Shown here: piece after piece, positions 56,891-64,000 of the stretch
How positions within the stretch are numbered: the stretch's first letter is position 1
Layout: every line of letters starts with the position of its first letter
NCBI GenBank assembly: GCA_965198065.1
Contig: CBDAON010000004.1
Location: 2,272,001-2,336,000 of the forward strand
Length of the DNA: 64,000 nt
Direction of reading: 5' to 3'
Source: Longimicrobiales bacterium
GTDB lineage: Bacteria > Gemmatimonadota > Gemmatimonadetes > Longimicrobiales > Gaopeijiaceae
Made by a program: the position numbers and the translations under genes
Notes under the pieces: model-generated
Seen by the model: the letters and a program-made list of their open reading frames with translations, nothing else
Databases searched by the model: none
What the model was told of the DNA's origin: nothing

Positions 56891-58759
56891 ATGATCGACC
56901 GCGGGACCCTGAGCCACCTTCCCACGTCACCGGGGGCCTACCTCTTCCGAGACGTCTCCGACCAGATCCTATACATCGGGAAGGCGAAGTCGCTTAGGGG
57001 GCGGGTTCGAAGCTACTTCCAGAACGACCGGAGCCGGGGCGCCCGCCTGCGGGAGCTGGTCAACAGGGCCGAGCGGGTCGAAACCATCGTGGTGGACTCG
57101 GAGGCGGAAGCCCTGATCCTCGAGGCCAACCTCATCCGGGAGCATCGGCCTCCCTTCAACATCCAGCTGCGGGACGACAAGCGGTACCCGTTCATCAAGG
57201 TCACCGTCCAGGAGCCGTTCCCGCAGGTCTTCGTGACGAGGAAGGTCCGAAGGGACGGATCCAGGTACCTCGGTCCGTTTACCTCGGTCGGGCCGCTCCG
57301 GCAGGCGCTGGAGGTCGTCAAGCGCCTCTACACGGTCCGATCCTGCCGGTACGCGCTCCCGAAGGAAGGGCCGCCCCGGCCTTGCCTCGACTACCACATC
57401 GGGAAGTGCAAAGCGCCCTGCGTGGGCCTCCAGTCCGAGGAAGAGTACCGGAGCATGATCGGAGAGATCATCCGCGTGCTCGAGGGCGACACGGACGAGC
57501 TTCGACAGGCCGCCGAAGAGCGGATGCAGGCGGCGGCTCGCGAGCTTCGTTTCGAGGAGGCGGCCCGACAGCGGGACGTTGTCCTGGGGCTCGAGGCCAT
57601 CGCGATCGACCAGCGTGCCGAGCGGGTCCCGGGCGGCAGCCAGGACGTCGTGGGACTTGCCCGGGACGGGTCCCTGGGGTCGGCGGTCCTCCTGCGGGTC
57701 CGCAGCGGGACCCTCCTCGGGCGCGAGAGCCACCGCTACAGCGATCTCGAGAACGAGTCCGAAGCCGAGCTCCTCGAGGCCTTCATGACGCGGCACTACC
57801 TCGGCCGCCCCGACGGGGGCGGGGACCTCCCGGCCGAGATCCTCCTTCCGGGCAGGTTTCGGGGCTGGAAGGTCTTCGAGCAGGTGCTCTCCGAGCGGGC
57901 CGGCCGACGGGTCCGGCTGAGGGTGCCCGAGCGCGGCGAAAAGCTGAGGATGGCGCGACTGGCCGCGACCAACGCGCGCCACCTCCTCGAGGAGCGGGTC
58001 ACCGCCCTCGAAGTGGCCCCGGACCGCGCCGAGGAGATCCTCTATGAGCTCCAGGACCGGCTCCGAATGAAGGTGGTTCCGCGACTTATCGCCTGCCTCG
58101 ACGTGTCGCACACGCAGGGCAGCGAGCTCGTGGCCAGCGTCGTCGTGTTCGAAAACGGCGAGCCCAAGCGTGGACTCTACCGGCGCATGCGGATCCGCGG
58201 CGAGTGGAGGAACGACGACTACCGCTCGATGGCGGAGGCGTCAGAGCGGTACCTCGGGCGGCGCCTTCGGGAGGGTGACCCTCTCCCCGAGCTCCTCGTC
58301 TTGGACGGGGGAAGGGGCCAGCTGTCCGCGGTCGAGCCCATTCTGAAGGAGCTAGGCGTCCCCGAGGTGAACCTCGTCGCCCTGGCCAAGAAGAACGAGG
58401 ACATACTGATCTCCGGCCGAAAGGAGCCCTTGCGCCTCCCACGACGGGATCCCGCGCTCCGCCTCCTTCAACGTCTCCGGAACGAGGCCCACCGGTTCGC
58501 GATCTCCTACAACCGGCACCTGCGCGGCCGCCGCACGGTGTGGAGCGCCCTCGAGGAGATCCCAGGCGTAGGACCATCGCGCCAACGTGCCCTCCTCACC
58601 CGGTTCGGATCCGTGAAGGCGATCCGCGAGGCGAGCGTGGACGCCCTCTCGGCCGTGCCCGGCATCTCGACGACCCTCGCTCGCCGAATCCTCTCCCATC
58701 TGGGAGCGGACGCCGGCGGTAATGGGTCACCCATTACCGACGCTGGCCCGATCAATTGA
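56891..58759 (+). CDS. uvrC: Excinuclease ABC subunit C
   Basis: GIY-YIG YIGKAKSLR, FEEAA..RD, DGGRGQ, R.EAHRFA, HhH. Confidence 0.96.
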   Translation: MIDRGTLSHLPTSPGAYLFRDVSDQILYIGKAKSLRGRVRSYFQNDRSRGARLRELVNRAERVETIVVDSEAEALILEANLIREHRPPFNIQLRDDKRYPFIKVTVQEPFPQVFVTRKVRRDGSRYLGPFTSVGPLRQALEVVKRLYTVRSCRYALPKEGPPRPCLDYHIGKCKAPCVGLQSEEEYRSMIGEIIRVLEGDTDELRQAAEERMQAAARELRFEEAARQRDVVLGLEAIAIDQRAERVPGGSQDVVGLARDGSLGSAVLLRVRSGTLLGRESHRYSDLENESEAELLEAFMTRHYLGRPDGGGDLPAEILLPGRFRGWKVFEQVLSERAGRRVRLRVPERGEKLRMARLAATNARHLLEERVTALEVAPDRAEEILYELQDRLRMKVVPRLIACLDVSHTQGSELVASVVVFENGEPKRGLYRRMRIRGEWRNDDYRSMAEASERYLGRRLREGDPLPELLVLDGGRGQLSAVEPILKELGVPEVNLVALAKKNEDILISGRKEPLRLPRRDPALRLLQRLRNEAHRFAISYNRHLRGRRTVWSALEEIPGVGPSRQRALLTRFGSVKAIREASVDALSAVPGISTTLARRILSHLGADAGGNGSPITDAGPIN

Positions 58760-58873
58760 CTCATGCTACGGACCTCCGGTAGCTTCCCGGTTTATTCATC
58801 GACCAGGCGGGTCGGATGGGCTCGCCGGCCGGGCCCAGCTGATGGGTTGGTTCGCTCTCTCTAGGAGGATTGT

Positions 58874-60340
58874 ATGAGTTCCCGAATCGCCATTCCGAGC
58901 CTTATGGTTTTGGCCCTCGGACTCGGAGGCTGCGCCGCAGGCGCGGCGGGAGGGGGCGGGGCAGGAGCTGCCGCTGCTGCCGCGCAGATCGACACGGACG
59001 ACCTCCCGGAATGGGCCCTGGCGCTTCCGGAAGGTACGCCGCCCCGTGACAACGATCAGACGAACGAAGCGGCTCTGGCGCTGTTCCAGGCCAGCTCCAC
59101 GCCCGACGAGGCCCGGATGGCGACGTTCTTCCAGGATGCGCTGGCCATGGCCGAGGCGGGGATCGCCGCGGATCCGGGCAACCCGCAGTCGCATCTCCAG
59201 GCCGGCGAGGCGCACCTCGGGCTCGGGAACCTCGAGGAAGCCGGTCAGGCGTTCGATCGAGCCGAGGAGCTCTACCCGCTCTACGTGCTGGACACCCGGT
59301 TCCTGCGCGAGGAGGCCTGGATCGACGCCTACAATGAGGGGGTCGCGGTCGTCGAGTCCGACCCGGCGGCTGCTCAGCCTCACTTCGAGCGCGCTCACGC
59401 CGTGTACCGGGGTCGTCCGGAGGCCATGTTCCAGCTCGGACAGTTCTACATCGAGCAGGCACGGAACAGCGACGCGATCGAGGTCTATTCCCAGGCGCTC
59501 GAGGCCATCCGGAGCCCGGCCGGCCGGGAGGGAATCGACCCGGAACCGCTGGTCGCTTGGGATGCGGCCGTCCAGCCGATCCTCTTCAGCCTGGGCCAGC
59601 TGTACATGTCGGAGCAGCGCTACGCTGAGGCCATCGAAACGTACGACGAGATCCTCGAGTCGAATCCGGGCGATCTCACGGCCACCTCGAACCTGGCGGG
59701 TGCCCTCGTCTCCGAGGGGGAGACGGAGCGGGCCAACGCGGTGCTGAACCAGCTCCTCAGCCGCACCGACCTTTCCTCCCGGCAGTCCTTCGCGGTGGGC
59801 CTGGGCCTGTTCGAGGCAGATCAGTACGCGCAGGCGGCCCGCGCCTTCGGGCAGGCGTCCGTGGGCATGCCGGGGGATCACCAGACCCTGTTCATGCACG
59901 CTCAGTCCCTCTACTTCAACGCCCTGGAGGCGGGGGGGAGCTGGCAAGAGGTGATCCCGGCCGCCGAGCGGCTCCTGACGGTGGATACGCACAGCAGGAA
60001 CTCCATCCTCTTCCTATACCAGGCGCTCTCGAACATCCAGAACACGGAGAGAGCCAACGAGGTCGCGGTGCTCTACGACGTGCTCCCCTTCGAGGTGACG
60101 GGCCTTCAGCTCGCGACCGATCAGGGCGCCGCAGCCGTGGGCGGGCAGGTGACGAACCTCACGTCGGCGCCGGGGACGTCCGTGACGATTCGCATCACGT
60201 TCTTTGACGAGAACGGAGCCCAGGTAGGGACGGGCGACACGACGCTGAGCCTTGGGGGTGCCGAGGAGTTCGTGGACTTCCAGGTGGACGCGTCAACCAC
60301 CGGTACCGTGGCCGGATACCGCTACGAGGTGGTGAACTGA
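58874..60340 (+). CDS. TPR lipoprotein with C-terminal FxLYD-like beta domain
   Basis: LGGC lipobox, TPR repeats, GQVTN...ITFFDENG. Confidence 0.7.
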   Translation: MSSRIAIPSLMVLALGLGGCAAGAAGGGGAGAAAAAAQIDTDDLPEWALALPEGTPPRDNDQTNEAALALFQASSTPDEARMATFFQDALAMAEAGIAADPGNPQSHLQAGEAHLGLGNLEEAGQAFDRAEELYPLYVLDTRFLREEAWIDAYNEGVAVVESDPAAAQPHFERAHAVYRGRPEAMFQLGQFYIEQARNSDAIEVYSQALEAIRSPAGREGIDPEPLVAWDAAVQPILFSLGQLYMSEQRYAEAIETYDEILESNPGDLTATSNLAGALVSEGETERANAVLNQLLSRTDLSSRQSFAVGLGLFEADQYAQAARAFGQASVGMPGDHQTLFMHAQSLYFNALEAGGSWQEVIPAAERLLTVDTHSRNSILFLYQALSNIQNTERANEVAVLYDVLPFEVTGLQLATDQGAAAVGGQVTNLTSAPGTSVTIRITFFDENGAQVGTGDTTLSLGGAEEFVDFQVDASTTGTVAGYRYEVVN

Positions 60341-60402
60341 CCCGATCCGTACCGAGAGCTTGAACGGCGGGGCTCCTCGAGGGGGGGGCGCTGCCGCGGT
60401 TT

Positions 60403-60475
60403 GCGGGCGTAGCTCAGTTGGTAGAGCATCAGCTTCCCAAGCTGAGGGTCGCCGGTTCGAGCCCGGTCGCCCGCT
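60403..60475 (+). tRNA. tRNA-Gly(CCC)
   Basis: gcgggcg/cgcccgc acceptor, tcagc-ttCCCaa-gctga, TTCGA T-loop. Confidence 0.95.
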
Positions 60476-60773
60476 TTGGGTGACCCCCCGATACCGCCGT
60501 CCCCCCGGCCGGCGTTTGACCGGCCTCTGAGCCTCTCTGAGCCACGCAGACCCACCGCGCGCGGACGACAACTCGTCGTTCGGCACCGAACTGGGACTTG
60601 CCCGCCGTGAACACGCTCCGGCTCCGCTCCGCCATGGGTCGGGCGAGTCTCGACGGCGCGGCGCTGGATGAAGGCCTGTACACTAGGTCTCGCCAAACCC
60701 GAACATGGACATTCAGTGGCCGACCGAACGCCTGACTGCGAACACTCGCTTATTTGAGGCCTAGCTCAGCCGC

Positions 60774-61661
60774 CTACAGGTTTCGGTTCGAAAACTCTGC
60801 TTCGTCCTTGGCACCTTGGTGGCATTCGGCCCGTCCGGCGGCGTTCGAAATCCGATCGCACAGCTGCTGGGTGCGTGCCAGGTCATGTTTGTAGTAGAAC
60901 ATCCCAATCTCTCCGATGTTCAGGTAGCAAAGACTGAAATGGGTGGCGGTGAGGCTGAGGCCTTCGCACGCAAGCGGCGCGGCCTGCTCATACGCGGCCT
61001 CCTCCAGCTCGAGGTAGTTCATGGCGTTCTGCATGAAGACGCCGCCGTCGCACCGGTGGCGCGCCTGCGCGGTCAGGAGTTCTTGGCAGTGTTCGAGCGA
61101 CTCCGTGATATCATGGTCGTGCTTGTACATGAGCCCATGCCCGACGCCGTGGACGCACGCGTCGTATCGTTGGGGATCGGTCAGGAGCCCGTCGCACAAG
61201 TGGGCTAGGTCGACGTCAGGCAACACGTGGTCGTGCGGGCCCGGCGTCTTGTCGCCGCCGATGGCGGACTCGACGACTCCGTGGTAGTACCCATTGCTGC
61301 AGACGCCCTCGCCGAGGAGGAACGTTCGAGTCAGGTCGTGCCGGTACTCGTAATGGAAGGCCGCGTGGCCGAAGTGGTGGGCGAATATGTGACAGTCGTC
61401 GATTGTTCCGTCCACGTCCAGACTGTGGAGTTGAAGCAGGAAGCCCCGCTGGTCGTCCGCCGCCAGCGCTTCTTCGAACAGCGGCTCCAGGCATGCAAGT
61501 TGCGCCGCGGTCGAATCTAAGACGACGCATTCGGCCAACGCGGCGAGACGCGGGTCAGTCGGGCTGGCCGCGCAGCCGGCCAGAAGGGCAGCGGACACCA
61601 CAAACAGGGTTGCCCCCGCCGCTCCGTTCCGACCGCAGAAACCGAACATGGTTTTGAGCAT
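60774..61661 (-). CDS. Cys/His-rich helical-repeat lipoprotein, unknown function
   Basis: LAGC lipobox, then DCHIFAHHFG, CSNGYYHGVVE, CVHGVGHG, CDGGVFMQN. Confidence 0.75.
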   Translation of the reverse strand: MLKTMFGFCGRNGAAGATLFVVSAALLAGCAASPTDPRLAALAECVVLDSTAAQLACLEPLFEEALAADDQRGFLLQLHSLDVDGTIDDCHIFAHHFGHAAFHYEYRHDLTRTFLLGEGVCSNGYYHGVVESAIGGDKTPGPHDHVLPDVDLAHLCDGLLTDPQRYDACVHGVGHGLMYKHDHDITESLEHCQELLTAQARHRCDGGVFMQNAMNYLELEEAAYEQAAPLACEGLSLTATHFSLCYLNIGEIGMFYYKHDLARTQQLCDRISNAAGRAECHQGAKDEAEFSNRNL

Positions 61662-61700
61662 GTCCCTATACCTCCTGTTGAGCGATCAACCTCGGGCCTT

Positions 61701-62140
61701 GTGCCCGCAACGAAAGGAGCCACCGCCCTGGCCAAAGAATCCACAGGGTCGACCCCGTCGTCAAGCGTGGTGTGGGAGCAGCTGGAGGACTTTGCCCGAG
61801 GGCAGGTGCAGGCGTTCATCCAGCGGATGTTCGAGGTGGTGGTGGAGCTGCTGGGTTGCGAGAAGTCGGAGCGACGAGAGCCCGGGTCCGAGCGAGCGTA
61901 TCGGAATGGATATGCGGAACGATCACGCCGAGAGGGCCGCGGGTGCGGGGTATGGAGGAGCGGTTCGAGAGCCGGATCCTGCTGGTGCTCAAGCGGCGCA
62001 CGGAAGAGGTGAGCGAGCTTTTGCCGCAGCTCTACCTGCACGGCCTGGCGCTCGGTGACTTCGAGCTCTCCCTGCCGGGACTCTTGGGATAAGGGGCGCC
62101 GCTGTCGGCGGCCTCGATCCCCCGGCTGAAGGCGCAGCCC
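61701..62140 (+). pseudogene. IS256-family transposase N-terminal remnant
   Basis: AYRNGY, FESRIL, LYLHGLALGDF, GAPLSAASI. Frameshift and TAA stop. Confidence 0.75.
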
Positions 62141-62285
62141 CTCCCGGCTGCCCTCCCTACGACCGATCTCTGGAACCTCCCCTCCTGCCTCCGCCTCGAT
62201 GAGGGTTCGAGTCGAGCTCGAGCCCGTCCTGCCAGATCATCTAAGATACGTATGTACACGTAGATAAGTATCATCGCCGTGACCG

Positions 62286-63556
62286 TGACCTGCCCCGAAG
62301 AGCGGTACCACAACCTATGTTAGTCCCAGCACCTGTGGAGGGCGGTGAAGGACGGGCATCCTCAGGAACCAGGGCGACGGCTTAATCGCCTCAGGGGCCG
62401 GGGGAAAGCCGCCGCAGGCGCTGTGGGGTCGGACGGTATCGTACTCGCGCCTCCATTGCTCGACCAGCACGGCCGCCTCCGCCAACGAGCAGAAGATCTC
62501 CCCGTTCAACAGCTCGTCCCTGAGCTTGCCGTTGAAGCTCTCGTTGTAGCCGTTCTCCCACGGGCTGCCCGGCTCGATAAAGAGCGTCTCGACGCCCACG
62601 CGCCCCAACCACCGCCGCACGGGCTTCGCGGTGAACTCCGGTCCGTTGTCCGACCTCAGATACTCGGGAGGGCCCGTGTCGGACGAACAGATCGTCCAGC
62701 ACCTCGAGCACGTCGTGCGAGCGGATCTTGCGAGCCACCACGATCGCCAGGCACTCCCTCGTGTGCTCGTCCAGCACTGTCAGCAGCTTCAGCGCACGCC
62801 CGTCGTGCGTCCTCGAGGCCACGAAGTCGTACGACCAGACGTGGCCCCGATACAGCGGCCTCAGCCGGATGCACGATCCGTCGTTGAGCCACAGCCGACC
62901 TCGCTTCGGCTGCCGCTCCGGGACCTTCAGCCCCTCCTGCCTCCAGATCCGCTCCACCCGCTTGTGCTTCACCCCCCAGCCCTCGATGCGGAGCGTGTCC
63001 GTGACGCGTCGCTAGCCGTAGCGGCCGAATCGACTCGCGAGTCGCACGATATCACCTCGGAGCGCCCCCTCGTCACTCGCCACTTTCCTCGCCCCGCGCT
63101 GGGTCGTGCGTGGCTGCCCGAGCACCCGGCACGCTCTCCTCTCCGACGCCCCGAGCTGCTGACGTACACGCACCACACAACGTCGTCGGCCCTCGGGGCT
63201 CAGAAGTTTCCCTTGGCCGCTTCCTCCACGATCAGCTTGTCCAGTGTCAAGTCCGCCACTGCTCGCTTCAGGCGCCCGTTCTCGCGCTCGAGCTCCTTCA
63301 GGCGCCGTGCCTGGCTCACCTTCATCCCGCCGTACTCCCGCCTCCACCGGTAGTACGTCTGCTCGGTGATGCCGAGCTCCCCCCTGATCAGCTTCACGGA
63401 TTTGCCGCCGGCCAGACCGACCTCTGCCTCCCGCACTGCAGTGATGATCTGCTCCGGAGTGTGTCGCTTCCTTCCCATCCTGACCTCCTCGCTGAAAAGC
63501 TTCGGACCAGGTCGATCCTAACATTGCACCTGGTCTCGTTTCAGCGGGTCAGGTCA
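62286..63556 (-). mobile_element. IS3-family insertion sequence, copy 2 (full length, orfB interrupted)
   Basis: Same termini as copy 1 and near-identical. orfA at 63200-63478. orfB has the same TAG as copy 1 plus one extra G near 62670. Confidence 0.93.
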
Positions 63557-63847
63557 TTTCAGGGGGTCAGGTCAACCGAACCGTAATTATAGTGTGACCG
63601 TAAGTACCTAGAACGTCGTACTAATCGTGAAGAATTGTAGACTGGACCTCCATACTTGATTGCGAATAAGCTCTTAGTAATCCTGATGGCATTCGTAAGG
63701 CTTGACACGACTCTTAGTACGGTCCCAAGTTGGTCGCATATCAGCCACGCACCTGACGCACTTCCGCACCTAACGAGGTTCAGGAAGGGTGCAGGTGCGG
63801 TGTACTGGGATAGTAAAGTAATGATTCCGAAGAGAGGAGGAGAGGCG

Positions 63848-64000
63848 ATGAGATCGCAACCGCATGTTTGGAGGAGGGGCGCGCTCATAGCGCTGCTGCT
63901 GGGCTGGGCATCGCAAGCAGGCGCGCAGCAGACGGGAACCGTGACGGGACGGGTACTCGATGAGACGGGGTCACCGCTACCGGTGGTGCAGGTCACGATC
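63848..64000 (+). CDS. TonB-dependent receptor-like protein, N-terminus (runs off window end)
   Basis: GAGGAG RBS, signal peptide ending AGAQ, then QTGTVTGRVLDETGSPL (CarboxypepD_reg-like). Confidence 0.65.
   Translation, partial: MRSQPHVWRRGALIALLLGWASQAGAQQTGTVTGRVLDETGSPLPVVQVTI

Noticed and set aside
60662..61825. 18/20-nt inverted match (60662-60681 vs 61806-61825) as ends of a composite transposon
   Set aside because: The match is internal to the IS256 coding remnant, does not extend, and shows no target duplication.
62243..62275. AT-rich quasi-palindrome as a dif/Xer site
   Set aside because: Poor match to the XerD arm consensus (TTATGTTAAAT).

Overview
High-GC bacterial chromosome segment, most likely Gemmatimonadota judging by the 16S sequence and gene content (inference, not database-checked). 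Most of the window is a + strand core region. 1.7-14.6 kb holds nucleotide-sugar genes, bamD, nadD and secA. 27.3-60.5 kb holds era, a PorV-like protein, rnr, a GGDEF protein, prfB, lysS, lolCE/D, mcsA-mcsB-clpC, bamA-skp-lpxD-lpxC/fabZ-lpxA-gnnA-like-lpxB-DUF374-lpxK, rlmH, bshC, murJ, uvrC and tRNA-Gly. A decayed island at 14.6-19.8 kb contains an integrase remnant, an IS3-family copy, an apparently intact group II intron and an orphan 3' half of tRNA-Pro. It is followed by SRAP, serC-serA, a candidate repeat-containing sRNA, a cold-shock gene, tRNA-Arg, tRNA-His and a stand-alone 16S rRNA gene that has no downstream 23S and is followed directly by era. A second accessory patch after tRNA-Gly holds a Cys/His-rich lipoprotein, an IS256 remnant and a second IS3 copy. 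The best leads are: the unlinked 16S next to era and rnr; the intron inserted in an inverted repeat beside a tRNA att site; the promoter-repeat-terminator sRNA; an unannotated 40-aa membrane protein in the lipid A operon; and stacked IS terminal tips. Several single-base frameshifts and a garbled duplication at 3.4-4.2 kb look like long-read or assembly errors, so pseudogene calls need caution.
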